Below are positions 37,147 through 46,746 of a DNA stretch of 64,000 nt, one piece after another (the first letter of the stretch is position 1; each line of letters starts with the position of its first letter). The position numbers were made by a program, and so were the translations under genes. Source of the DNA: an uncultured delta proteobacterium (GTDB lineage: Bacteria > Desulfobacterota > Binatia > HRBIN30 > BPIQ01); contig CAVXGR010000015.1 of the NCBI GenBank assembly GCA_963761335.1, positions 160,001-224,000 on the forward strand, written 5' to 3'. The notes beneath the pieces were generated by a model. It saw nothing but the letters and a program-made list of their open reading frames with translations, was not told where the DNA came from and did not search any database.

Positions 37147-37659
37147 ATGCCCCGCAACATCGAGATCAAGACCGCCCTCTCCGACCTCGAATCGACGCGA
37201 GCCGCCGTCGAGCGCCTCGGCGCCCGCTATGCCGAGGACCTCGAGCAGGTCGACCGCTACTACGAGATCGACGGCGCGCGGCGTCTCAAGCTGCGCAGCT
37301 TTGGGAACGGGCGCGCCGAGATCATTCGCTACTCGCGGCCGGAGGCGGAGGGCGTGCGCGCCAGCGACTACGAGGTGACCCCGGTTCGCGATGAGAGCGC
37401 CGGCCTCTGCCTGGTGCCCAAGGGAAGGGCGCTGGTGATCGTCCGCAAACGCCGGCAGGTGTACATGCTCGACAACGTCCGCATCCACCTCGATCGCGTC
37501 GAGGGTCTCGGCGAATTTCTCGAGCTCGAGGCGGTGCTCGACGCCGCCCATGACGACACGCGTTGCCGCGCTCAGGTCGACGAGATCACCGCCGCTCTCG
37601 GCCTCGATCCGCGGCTCTTCATTCGCGCTTCGTACGCGGACATGATGCGGCGGGGGTGA
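37147..37659 (+). CDS. CYTH-domain protein (class IV adenylate cyclase-like)
   Basis: NIEIK, QVDRYY, RLKLR, VRKRR, IHLDRVEGLGEFLELE. Confidence 0.9.
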   Translation: MPRNIEIKTALSDLESTRAAVERLGARYAEDLEQVDRYYEIDGARRLKLRSFGNGRAEIIRYSRPEAEGVRASDYEVTPVRDESAGLCLVPKGRALVIVRKRRQVYMLDNVRIHLDRVEGLGEFLELEAVLDAAHDDTRCRAQVDEITAALGLDPRLFIRASYADMMRRG

Positions 37660-37864
37660 GGTCGGATCAGCAAGGCCGAGAGGTCGCCGCCGGCGGCCAT
37701 GCCGCTGCTCGCCGGCGGGGGCCGGAGCGGTGCCGATGCGCATGCTCCGGCCAGCACGCGACGCCCGCCCGCGGAAAGCTACTCGCGCCCGAAGCACTAC
37801 GCCCGGGCCAAGCTCCTGGAGCGCACGTTGGTCCACTCAATCGACTACCGGCCACGCCGGGCAA

Positions 37865-38122
37865 GTGCCGGCACCTGTTCGCATCACGCATCCGTTCCAT
37901 CCGCAGTGCGGGCAGGAGATCGTGGTCGTCGAACAGCGCTGCAACTGGGGTGAGGATCGGGTCTTCTACCGCGACCCCCACGGACACCTGGCCTCGCTAC
38001 CGGCTCGCTGGACCAGCGTAGAGGCCGAAGACCCGTTCGTCGTCGCGGCGGCGGGACGGTCGCGGTTGCGACTCGGGGACCTCGTCGTTCTGGCGGCGCT
38101 GGTGCGGGAGCTTCGGTCGTGA
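37865..38122 (+). CDS. DUF5372/Y4bD-like small protein; start uncertain
   Basis: VRITHPFHP...NWGEDRV...SLPARWTS...DPF...AGRS. Confidence 0.7.
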   Translation: MPAPVRITHPFHPQCGQEIVVVEQRCNWGEDRVFYRDPHGHLASLPARWTSVEAEDPFVVAAAGRSRLRLGDLVVLAALVRELRS

Positions 38123-38344
38123 TCGCCTCCCGAATCGAGAGCGTGATGTGTAAAGCGGATTTCGCCGCATGTGTAAAGGAGAATATGCCGCAATGTGTTC
38201 CACGCTGCGCCTTCGATGCTTGTGGAAGACCAATGCTGTCGTTGATAACTAGCGCATGGAGCAGTAGATCGGACGTTTCTATCTTGACAGAGCTGGCGCT
38301 GTGCGGCATAAACATACTTACAAGAAGCGGTACCCACACCGCCG

Positions 38345-38812
38345 ATGGCCAAGCCGAAACCGCCCGACCCCAAGATTCAAGCGCTGCGCCAGCGTGGCAG
38401 CCTCAACTCCAGCCCCGAGAGGGTCTCCGATCCGCTCTTCGCTGCCTCGGACTTCTTCGACGCCCGCGATCTGGTCCAGGTCAAGTACGAGATGGTGCGC
38501 CGCGTGCGCGTGGACGGGCAGCCCGCCAGTCGCAGCGCGGCGGCCTTCGGCTTCTCGCGTCCGACTCTCTACCAGGCGGATGCGGCGCTCGCGCGCGGCG
38601 GGCTGGCGGCGCTCGTGCCTCGCAAGCCCGGGCCGCGGCGCTCTCACAAGCTCGATGCCGAGGTGATGGAGTTTCTCCGGGAGCTGCTCGCCGAAGATGG
38701 CTCGCTGCGTGCGGTGGAGCTGGCTCGCCGGGTGCGCGAGCGCTTTGGCCGGAGGGTCCATCCACGCAGCGTCGAGCGGGCGCTGGCGCGCAGGGAAAAA
38801 AAACGGCGCTGA
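38345..38812 (+). CDS. Helix-turn-helix protein of the recombinase element
   Basis: FFDARDLVQVKYEMVRR, FGFSRPTLYQ, KPGPRRSHKL, VHPRSVERAL. Confidence 0.8.
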   Translation: MAKPKPPDPKIQALRQRGSLNSSPERVSDPLFAASDFFDARDLVQVKYEMVRRVRVDGQPASRSAAAFGFSRPTLYQADAALARGGLAALVPRKPGPRRSHKLDAEVMEFLRELLAEDGSLRAVELARRVRERFGRRVHPRSVERALARREKKRR

Positions 38813-38850
38813 GCGGCACCGAGGCGGCGAACGGGGCAGCCGATGCGCCC

Positions 38851-39117
38851 GTGGCAGCGTACGAGCAGCTGCGCCGCCACATGCTTTTGGGCGCGGCGGT
38901 CGTGGGCGATCGCAGCGCACTGCTGTTGCTGGTGCGAGAAGGGATCGCCGCTTGGATCGAGCAACACACCGGTGGTGTCGTCGCGGCGGCACCGGTGGCG
39001 GCGCGCGAGCCGTCCGTGGTGGGGGCGGCGCTTGCCGCCGACGCTCTCCACGCGGGCCTGGTTCGCGTGCTGGCCAGCATGGCGATGTCAAACGGAGAGG
39101 AGGGGTGTCGTCGATGA
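38851..39117 (+). CDS. Small hypothetical protein of the recombinase element; start uncertain
   Basis: YEQLRRH...LLVREGIAAW...LVRVLASM; ATGA overlap with recombinase. Confidence 0.55.
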   Translation: MAAYEQLRRHMLLGAAVVGDRSALLLLVREGIAAWIEQHTGGVVAAAPVAAREPSVVGAALAADALHAGLVRVLASMAMSNGEEGCRR

Positions 39118-41177
39118 GCAATGAAGCGCGGCAGAAGGTCACCGCCCGTCATCTGGCGCGCGGTGCTTACCTCTACGTACGTCAGTCGACCGTGCGCCAG
39201 GTGTTCGAGAACACCGAGAGCACCCAGCGCCAGTACGCACTCAGCCAGCGCGCGGTGGCGCTGGGGTGGCCGAGGGAGCAGGTCATCGTTATCGACTCGG
39301 ATCTCGGCCAGTCGGGCGCCTCCGCGGTGGACCGCGCGGGCTTCCAGAAGCTGGTGGCCGAGGTCGGCATGGGACGCGCCGGCATCGTGCTGGGGCTGGA
39401 GGTGTCGCGACTGGCGCGCAACTCGACGGACTGGCACCGGCTCCTCGAGATCTGTGCGCTCGCCGACACGCTGATCCTCGACGAGGACGGCGTCTACGAT
39501 CCCGCCGATTTCAACGACCGCCTGCTGCTCGGGCTCAAGGGGACGATGAGCGAGGCGGAGCTCCACGTCCTGCGGGCGCGCCTGCGGGGCGGCATCCTCA
39601 GCAAGGCGCGGCGGGGTGAGCTGCGCTGTCGGCTGCCGGTGGGCTTGGTGTACGACGCCGCCGGGCAGGTCATCTTCGACCCGGACACCCAGGTACAGGA
39701 GAGCGTGCGCCTGCTGTTCGAGACCTTCGCGCGCACCGGCACGCTCTGTGCGACGGTGCGGCACTTCCGGCAGCAAGGTCTGCTGTTCCCTACGCGCGTG
39801 GCCGCCGGCGCGCACAAGGGGGAGCTGGCTTGGGGACCGCTGTCGATCAGCCGCGCCTCCATCGCGCTCCACAACCCGTGGTACGCCGGCGCCTATGCCT
39901 ACGGCCGGGGACGCTGGCGCAAGAAGCCAGACGGGCGCACGCGGCACGAACGGCTGCCACCGGAGCAGTGGCACGTGCTGATTCGCGATGCCCACCCGGC
40001 CTACATCTCATGGCGGGAGCACGAGCGCATCGGCGAGCAGCTCCGTGCCTCGGCCAAGGCGATGGGCTACGAGCGCAGCGGCGGACCGCCGCGCGAAGGT
40101 CCGGCGTTGCTGCAGGGCCGAGCCGTCTGCGGCCTGTGCGGCAGCCGCATGCACGTGCACTACAACACGCGTCGCAGCGGCGCTGTCATCACGAACTACG
40201 TGTGCTTCGGCCGCGGCAGACTCTTCGCCGATCCGCCGTGCCAGAGCATGCTCGGCACCGAGATCGATGCCGCCATCGCCACCCTCGTGGTCGAGACCGT
40301 CACGCCGATGGCCCTTGAGCTGGCGCTCGCCATTCAGCAGGAGATCGTCACGCGTTTCGATGAGGCCGATCGCCTCCGCCACCGCCAGGTCGAACGGGCC
40401 GAGTACGAGGTCGACCGCGCCCGCCACCGCTACCTGCAGGTGGACGCAGCCAACCGACTTGTCGCTAGCTCGCTGGAGGCCGACTGGAACGCGAAGCTGC
40501 GCGCACTCGGCGAGGCGCGGGAGGTTTACGAGCGCCAGCGCGCCGCCGATCGGCTGATCGTCGACCAGCAGGAACGCCAGCGTATCCTGGACCTCGCCAC
40601 CGACTTCCCCGCCGTGTGGCGCGACCCCCACACGGCGGTGCGGGAGCGCAAGCGCATGCTCGCGCTCGTGATCGAGGACGTCACCTTGCTCAAGCAGCGC
40701 CAGATCACCGCCGCCGTCAGATTCCGTGGCGGCGCCACCACCACCTTGACGCTGCCTCGCCCGCTCACGGCTCAGCAGCAGCGGGCCACGCATGCCAACG
40801 TGCGCCAGGAGATCGATCGTCTGCTCGACGAGTACAGCGACGCTCAGGTGGCCCATCTCCTCAACGAGCGCGGGCTTCGCACGGGCGCGGGAGACGCGTT
40901 CGATCCGGCGAGCGTCCAGTGGGTGCGCTTCTCCGCCAAGCTCAAGAGCCTCAAGGAGCGCCTGCTCGAAGCGGGCATGATGACCAGGAGGCAGCTCTGC
41001 GCCGAGCTCGGCATCGGCAGGACCGCCCTCACCCGCTGGCGACAACAGGGTCGTGTCCAGGCTCGCATCTGCAACGACCACGGCGAGTGGCTATACTGGC
41101 CACCGGAGTCTATTCTGCCGAAAGCCAATCGATCATCCGACGCGATAGTCACTTCCACTGCGGGAGGTGCAGTATGA
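39114..41177 (+). CDS. Large serine recombinase
   Basis: YLYVRQST catalytic Ser, DLGQSG, EVSRLARN, LLLGLKGTMSEAE, LLQGRAVCGLCG zinc ribbon. Confidence 0.93.
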   Translation: MSNEARQKVTARHLARGAYLYVRQSTVRQVFENTESTQRQYALSQRAVALGWPREQVIVIDSDLGQSGASAVDRAGFQKLVAEVGMGRAGIVLGLEVSRLARNSTDWHRLLEICALADTLILDEDGVYDPADFNDRLLLGLKGTMSEAELHVLRARLRGGILSKARRGELRCRLPVGLVYDAAGQVIFDPDTQVQESVRLLFETFARTGTLCATVRHFRQQGLLFPTRVAAGAHKGELAWGPLSISRASIALHNPWYAGAYAYGRGRWRKKPDGRTRHERLPPEQWHVLIRDAHPAYISWREHERIGEQLRASAKAMGYERSGGPPREGPALLQGRAVCGLCGSRMHVHYNTRRSGAVITNYVCFGRGRLFADPPCQSMLGTEIDAAIATLVVETVTPMALELALAIQQEIVTRFDEADRLRHRQVERAEYEVDRARHRYLQVDAANRLVASSLEADWNAKLRALGEAREVYERQRAADRLIVDQQERQRILDLATDFPAVWRDPHTAVRERKRMLALVIEDVTLLKQRQITAAVRFRGGATTTLTLPRPLTAQQQRATHANVRQEIDRLLDEYSDAQVAHLLNERGLRTGAGDAFDPASVQWVRFSAKLKSLKERLLEAGMMTRRQLCAELGIGRTALTRWRQQGRVQARICNDHGEWLYWPPESILPKANRSSDAIVTSTAGGAV

Positions 41178-41189
41178 GAAGCGTTCCTT

Positions 41190-41255
41190 CGAGATCGACG
41201 TTCTCGTCTGCCCCGACTGTGGCGGGCGGCTGCGGTTTGTGGCGACGATCGAACG
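41190..41255 (+). pseudogene. IS91-like transposase C-terminal remnant (other half at about 37780-37829)
   Basis: FEIDVLVCPDCGGRLRFVATIE zinc-finger tail. Confidence 0.55.
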
Positions 41256-41403
41256 GGTCCGCGGACGCTTGGCCGTTGCCCTTGACCTCAGGTACGGGAT
41301 TGCCTGGTCGAGGACGTCCTGGTCCTGCATCAGGGCCGGCGAAAACTACGCGCGTAGGCGTACGTTCTTACGACGGCTGCCGTGCCTCCGGTATAAATCA
41401 CCG

Positions 41404-42205
41404 ATGGCGAACATCTGTGCTCGGCCCTTTGTCCTCATGACTCTCGTCGCGGTCGCCGCCATCGAGTGGGGTTGCGGTGACGGGTCTGCTCCGGCGCCGA
41501 ACCCGGGCACGTCCAGCTACCAGCTCCTGAAGCAGGATGTGATCATCAATGCCGACCTTTGGGACGCCGAGCCCAAAATGATGGCGGCGGGTCTCGGCTT
41601 CACCGAGATCATCGGTGTCCCAGGAATCGACGCGGATGAACCCGAGCGCAGCGAAGTCCTGGTGCGCAGCGCGGGAGGCACGTGGAACACCCTGAACTGC
41701 GCCGAAGGGGGCACGCCCAGCGCGGGCGCCTACACGTCGGCGAGCACGCCATCGCAGGTGGCATTTGGCTATGGCTTCCCCGTGGAACACGCGGACGGGT
41801 TGCCGATCGAGTTCAGCTGGCCGATCCGACCGAGCACCCTGGACCCGACAGACTTTCTAGTCGTGCTCAACACCGGCGAGGTCGTCACCCCCCAGGTCGC
41901 GTCGATCACTCCGAACCTCGAGTACAACGAGCGGTCGGTAGCTGTGATCTTCGGTCACTTCGGCAACCGGCTCCCGCCGAGCAGCGCCGGGGCCATCTAC
42001 CCGGTCTCCGTGGAGGTGGTCGAAGACGACACACCGCTGCAACTCGTCGGCCCCAACGGCATCCTGGTGAGCGCTGTGGGCCTGACGGTCGAGAGTCGCG
42101 GCAGCCCGTATACGGACCCCGACCTTCCTCCGGACCAGAGAGGCGGCCCCCGACTGGCGGCGGCGAAACTGAGCCGGATGTCCACCGACGGCGAAGGGGG
42201 GAGCG
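41404..42205 (+). pseudogene. Exported/lipoprotein-like hypothetical protein truncated by the adjacent element
   Basis: Hydrophobic N-terminus ending WGC; ORF runs without stop into the inverted repeat at 42206. Confidence 0.6.
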
Positions 42206-43350
42206 TGGGGACGTGGTTTCATCTGTTTCACTTTTCACGGGTGAAGCCCCTTGACACGGATCGGGCTGGCCGGTACCGGCGTGGGGCATGCCACGGGGTC
42301 CACGGTTGGACGCGCCAGGGGCGATGCACCATGTGATGGTGCGCGGCATCGAGCGGCGGCGGTTGTTTCGCTCAACGGCGGATCGGCGTGACTTCGTCCG
42401 CCGCGTCGCGGCGCTCGTGGACACGACGGGGACGCGGATCTATGCCTGGAGCCTCATGCCCAATCATGTCCACCTAGTTCTGGGCTCTGGGGCGGAGGGA
42501 CTGTCGAGCTTCATGCGCCGGCTGCTTACCGGCTACGCGGTCAGCTTCAACCGGCGGCACCACCGCGTCGGGCACCTGCTGCAGAATCGGTTCAAGTCGG
42601 TGCTGGTCGACGAGGAGCGATACTTCCTCGAACTCCTGCGCTACGTGCATCTGAATCCCGTGCGGGCGCGATTGGTCGGCGATGTGGCAGAGCTAGACGC
42701 GTACCCATGGACAGGACATGCGCGGCTCATGGGGCGGATCGACAACGGGTGGCAGGAAGCGGAGTTCGTCCTGCGGCAGTTCGCCCCCACGGTGACGGCG
42801 GCGCGGCAAGCATATCGCGCCTTCCTCGCAGAGGGCGTAGCGGCCCAGCCTCCGGAGCTGCTCGACACGGGCCTCGTTCATGCGGCGGACCGCTGGCAGA
42901 TCAGCCCCAGCCTCCGCCGGGGCCGGGAGGAGTGGACGACCGCCGAGCGGGTATTGGGGACGGCGGAGTTCACCGAAGCGGTACGCGCCGAATTGGAACA
43001 CGGCAGGCCGCTGCGGCCCGTGGTGACCACAGGAAATCCGCAGGAGGTCGTGCGCGAGCTTGCAGAGACCCTCGCGCCTCACTGCGGGGTCTCACCGGCG
43101 GAGCTGCTCGCCGGCCGCGGTCGCCGCAAGGTCGTCGCTGCCCGCGCCGGCGTCAGCTACCTCGCTGTGCGACACGTGGGCCTGTCGTTGCGCGCCGTGG
43201 CCACCGCCTTTGGTGTTTCGCCGCCAACGATCCTGCGGGCAGTTCGCGTCGGTGCCCACATCCTTGCCCAACTTGGCGTTCGGCCGGAAGAGATCCTGCT
43301 ACCATCTTCGCTTCGTCAGAAAAATTGAAACAGATGAAACTACGTCCCCA
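42206..43350 (+). mobile_element. Y1-transposase element with ~30-bp terminal inverted repeats
   Basis: TGGGGACGTGGTTTCATCTGTTTCACTTTT / AAAATTGAAACAGATGAAACTACGTCCCCA (28 of 30 paired). Confidence 0.82.
42288..43328 (+). CDS. RAYT-like Y1 HUH transposase with C-terminal HTH
   Basis: HHVMVRG, LMPNHVHL (HUH), QNRFKS, RYVHLNPVRA, YPWTG; tail LSLRAVATAFGVSPPTI. Confidence 0.9.
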   Translation: MPRGPRLDAPGAMHHVMVRGIERRRLFRSTADRRDFVRRVAALVDTTGTRIYAWSLMPNHVHLVLGSGAEGLSSFMRRLLTGYAVSFNRRHHRVGHLLQNRFKSVLVDEERYFLELLRYVHLNPVRARLVGDVAELDAYPWTGHARLMGRIDNGWQEAEFVLRQFAPTVTAARQAYRAFLAEGVAAQPPELLDTGLVHAADRWQISPSLRRGREEWTTAERVLGTAEFTEAVRAELEHGRPLRPVVTTGNPQEVVRELAETLAPHCGVSPAELLAGRGRRKVVAARAGVSYLAVRHVGLSLRAVATAFGVSPPTILRAVRVGAHILAQLGVRPEEILLPSSLRQKN

Positions 43351-43554
43351 TCTTTCCCCTTTCGCGACGCACCCGGCGCCGGATCTGCGCGCTTCGCGTG
43401 GTCCCCGGCCTGCCGGCGCGGCGGCTGTGGGGGCCGTCCCTGAACCGCAGTCGAGCGCGGTCTCGATGCGAGGCTTCCTGAGTCATGTCTGCCCTCCTGA
43501 GCCGACGGGCCAACGTAGTTTAAGAATCCAGCCGGCGTCAAACGCCAGCGCGCG

Positions 43555-43675
43555 GTGCAGTGGGGACGCCGATTTCTCGCGCACCCCCCCCCACACATTC
43601 AGATCCGGACATGCGGAACCGCTGCACCCGGTTCCTGCCTTATCCGGGTCAGGCCGTTGGCCAAAGGGGTTAGAC
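43555..43675 (-). mobile_element. Degenerate group II intron 3' end (domains V-VI)
   Basis: Minus strand GGAACCGGGTGCAGCGGTTCCGCATGTCCGGATCTG...GGGGGGTGCGCGAGAAATCGGCGTCCCCACTGCAC. Confidence 0.55.
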
Positions 43676-43698
43676 CGCGGAGAAGAACGATTGACCCC

Positions 43699-43792
43699 TC
43701 AGCCCTCCGGAGGCCGCACGCGGCGGAAGAGCACGAGCAGCAGTACGTCGTACGTGAGCTTGAGTAGACCGGCGGCGACCAGCGGGGCGGGC
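43699..43792 (-). pseudogene. 3' remnant of an MFS-like transporter gene
   Basis: PLVAAGLLKLTYDVLLLVLFRRVRPPEG* with no upstream gene body. Confidence 0.45.
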
Positions 43793-43983
43793 CTTTTACG
43801 CCAGCCCTTCGTTGCCGAATCCTCGACAAAACCGACAAGTTTGCCTCCGGTTCGGCGCCTCGATCTGGCGCAAAATCCCTCGCCCTCGCTACGCCGCCTG
43901 TTCTTCAACGGGCTGTTGGGACAGTACCCGGCGGGGGTGAGCGGTCATTGCAGCCGAGCCACAACTCTGCCATCAGCCAGGGC

Positions 43984-44469
43984 ATGACAACCATCCACGA
44001 TTTCAAGGCAAGGTCGATCGACGGCACCGAGCAGTCGCTGCGCGATTACGCGGGCAAGGTGCTCCTCGTGGTGAACGTGGCGTCGCAGTGCGGGCTCACG
44101 CCGCACTACGCCGGCCTCCAGGAGCTCCAGCAGAGCTTCGGGGACCGCGGCTTCGCGGTTCTCGGCTTTCCCTGCAACCAGTTCGGCGCGCAGGAGCCCG
44201 GCAGCGAAGCGGAGATCAAGACGTTCTGCGAGACGCGTTTCGGCGTCACCTTTCCGATGTTTGCCAAGGTCGAGGTGAACGGGCCGCAACGGCATCCGCT
44301 CTACACCTTCCTCACGGCGCAGCCCACCGAGCCCGACGGTGCGGGCGACATCCAGTGGAACTTCGCCAAGTTCCTCATCGACCGCGACGGCAAGGTCGCC
44401 GCCCGCTTCGCCCCGGCCACTGCCCCGGTCTCCGAAGAGATCGTCGGCGCCATCGAGAAGGTGCTGTAG
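43984..44469 (+). CDS. Glutathione peroxidase (Cys type)
   Basis: VNVASQCGLT, LGFPCNQFGAQEPG, IQWNFAKFL. Confidence 0.95.
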   Translation: MTTIHDFKARSIDGTEQSLRDYAGKVLLVVNVASQCGLTPHYAGLQELQQSFGDRGFAVLGFPCNQFGAQEPGSEAEIKTFCETRFGVTFPMFAKVEVNGPQRHPLYTFLTAQPTEPDGAGDIQWNFAKFLIDRDGKVAARFAPATAPVSEEIVGAIEKVL

Positions 44470-44532
44470 GGCGGGTGTCGCTGCGGGATTGGGAACTCCC
44501 AACCCGCGAACCCGGGTAACCTCGTCTCCGAA

Positions 44533-46170
44533 TCAGAAATGCGATGACGACAGCTTGACGTCCGCCGCCGCCCAGGCCTTCTGAAAGCGCGCCTCGACGG
44601 CGGCGGCTTCGTCGGTCTTCTGCTGCGCTCGCAGCGCCCGCGCCAGTCCGTAAAGAGACCAGCCGTTCTCCGGGTTGCGCACGAGGTCTTCGCGGTAGAC
44701 CTTCTCGGCCTCCTCGGGCCGTTTCGCGTCGAGGAGGACGGCGCCCAGAGCCTGTCGCTCCGGATAGTACCAGGGGGGTGGCTCGCTGTACGGCAGGCGG
44801 TCCTGGACGTGCACCGCCGCGGTCAGCTCGCGGACGGCGGTGTCGGTCATTCCCCGCCGCGCCGCGATGTTTCCGGCGAGGTCGTGGACGGCGATCTGGA
44901 GGTGGGCGACGGCCGGCTGGTTGTCGCCGACGATGCGGTCGGCCGGCATCATGTTGGCGAACGACTCCACCACCGCCTGCTCCTTTCTCGCGGCGGCGTA
45001 TTGGCGGTTGGCGGCGAGCGCCAGGCCGCGCACGTAGTGCCACATTGCCACCGCATACTGGAGATCGCCCGCGGGCGCATCGGCCTGCAAGATGTCGTTC
45101 CACTGGCCGAAGCGCGCCAGCGCCAGGAGCTCGGTGGGGGCAAAGAACTCCATCGCCGGCATTTGACGCATCATGTCCTCGGAGAGGTTGGACTCGACGT
45201 CGCGAGCCGCCTTGATCGCCACCGCACTGCGCCCCTCCATGCTCGCCGACGCCCACAGGAAGTGCAGGTTGTGGGGGTAGTACATCATCGGGTAGATGCC
45301 CTGCGGCTTGTACTTGTCGATGTACTCGCGGTCGACGGCGGCGGCGTTGATGTTCGCCTGCGAGGCCTCGGCGTAGCGTCCCAGGCGCATGTAGATGTGC
45401 GCCGGCATGTGCACCAGGTGACCGGCGCCCGGCATCAGCGCCGGCAGGCGCTGGGCGCTGGGGAGCCCGAGCTCGGGATGCGGCGAGGCCTCGATCGTGT
45501 GAATGTAGTAGTGGTTGGCGCCGGGGTGGTCGGGATGCTCCTTCAGCACCTTTTCCAGCGTCGCTACGATTTCCGCGGTGCCGGGCTGCGGCTGGCCCTG
45601 GATCGTCCACAGATCCCAGGGCCGCAGGTCCATCAGGGCTTCAGCAAACAGCGTCGCCGCGTCGGGATCCTCGGGATGATCCCGTGACAGCTCGCGCATG
45701 GCTCCGGCGTAGGCGAGGTCCATCGCCTTGCCGTCGGCTTCCGGATCCGCCGAGTAGCGGCGGGAGAGCGCCTCGATGTAATCGCGCTCGACGGGGCTGA
45801 CCTGGTCCTTCAAGGCGAGCGCCTGTTGCATTGACTCGAGCGCCTCGGCATCGCGTTGCGGATCGCGGGGCAGATTGATGTTGGGACCGAGGGACAGCGC
45901 AGCGCCCCAGTAGGCCATGGCGCACTGCGGGTCGATCCGCGCCGCCTCGTTGAATGCCCGCCGCGCCTCGTCGTGGTTGAACGCGTAGATGAGCCGCAGA
46001 CCCTGATCGAAGTACTGCTGGGCGCGGGGCGAGGATGTGGTCACGGTGTGGTGGTAGGTGCCGAGGTTGTCGAACAGCGGCACCGTGGCGGAGGCTGGGG
46101 CGGTATCGCCGGCGGCGCTCAGAGCGGCGGAGAAGGCGAGCACCGCCAGCGCGCTGGGAATTGATCGCAT
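44533..46170 (-). CDS. Secreted TPR-repeat protein
   Basis: Signal peptide; AQQYFDQGL, HPGANHYYIH, GHLVHMPAHIY, NPENGWSLYGL. Confidence 0.8.
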   Translation of the reverse strand: MRSIPSALAVLAFSAALSAAGDTAPASATVPLFDNLGTYHHTVTTSSPRAQQYFDQGLRLIYAFNHDEARRAFNEAARIDPQCAMAYWGAALSLGPNINLPRDPQRDAEALESMQQALALKDQVSPVERDYIEALSRRYSADPEADGKAMDLAYAGAMRELSRDHPEDPDAATLFAEALMDLRPWDLWTIQGQPQPGTAEIVATLEKVLKEHPDHPGANHYYIHTIEASPHPELGLPSAQRLPALMPGAGHLVHMPAHIYMRLGRYAEASQANINAAAVDREYIDKYKPQGIYPMMYYPHNLHFLWASASMEGRSAVAIKAARDVESNLSEDMMRQMPAMEFFAPTELLALARFGQWNDILQADAPAGDLQYAVAMWHYVRGLALAANRQYAAARKEQAVVESFANMMPADRIVGDNQPAVAHLQIAVHDLAGNIAARRGMTDTAVRELTAAVHVQDRLPYSEPPPWYYPERQALGAVLLDAKRPEEAEKVYREDLVRNPENGWSLYGLARALRAQQKTDEAAAVEARFQKAWAAADVKLSSSHF

Positions 46171-46207
46171 GGGGTGTTGTATACCACGGAGAGGGCCGGA
46201 TGGAGGA

Positions 46208-46661
46208 CAGGCATCATGAGTCTTGCGGCTCGCTATCAGACGATGAAAATGAGGCCGGGGATCTGCCCCGGCAAGAGATTTGGAGGTTCTCGCCTGGGCG
46301 AAGTTCGCCCCGGAGGGGCGGTGGCGCGTAGCCCCGGGTGAAACCTGGGGAAAGATGCGCGCTCCGTCATACGCGCCCCGACAGGGGCGCGGGCAGATTT
46401 TCGTCGATGTCGCGCTTGTACGCCGATGATCACCGCGGGGTGCTTGGGAAGCTCATCGAGGTGACCTACGCGGCCCCTACGCCTGCGCCCCTGCGGGGCG
46501 CTGATCTGGGCCAATCGGAACGCGGTCCCCGGGTTAACACCCGGGGCTACATGCCCGCGCCCCTCCGGGGCGATAAGCTCCACGCTAAGCGCCGGGGCGA
46601 TAAGCTCCACGCTAAGCGCCGGGGCTCCGCCAGACCTTCACCCAACAGATTTTCGAAGCAG
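46208..46661 (+). repeat. Dispersed non-coding element, copy 3 (27-bp internal tandem duplication)
   Basis: Matches copies 1 and 2; ccggggcgataagctccacgctaagcg x2 at 46565-46618. Confidence 0.9.
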
Positions 46662-46746
46662 GCATCCATTGCGGACCGCCACTTGCGGCTGGGACGGCCG
46701 CGCTCCGAGATGGCGGCGCATTTGCGGCTGTCCGCTCACTTCGAGT

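Larger units (their letters stand above)
37830..41189 (+). mobile_element. Large-serine-recombinase element
   Basis: Four-gene unit bounded by TT (37828-37829 and 41188-41189); removal restores KLLERT-FEIDVLVCPDCGG. Confidence 0.75.

Noticed and set aside
39114..41177. Serine recombinase as the integrase for the attC array or DAACS island
   Set aside because: It has its own TT-bounded element about 13 kb away, and attC recombination needs an IntI tyrosine recombinase
41167..42336. 389-aa ORF as a single gene
   Set aside because: Joins the recombinase element end, IS91 remnant, a truncated exported protein and the TIR region
43984..44469. Selenocysteine glutathione peroxidase
   Set aside because: Active-site codon is TGC (Cys); no in-frame TGA
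46565..46624. Tandem repeats as a possible CRISPR array (also 54070-54110 and 32270-32470)
   Set aside because: No unique spacers and no cas genes; these are a local duplication, a short tandem and coding cysteine repeats
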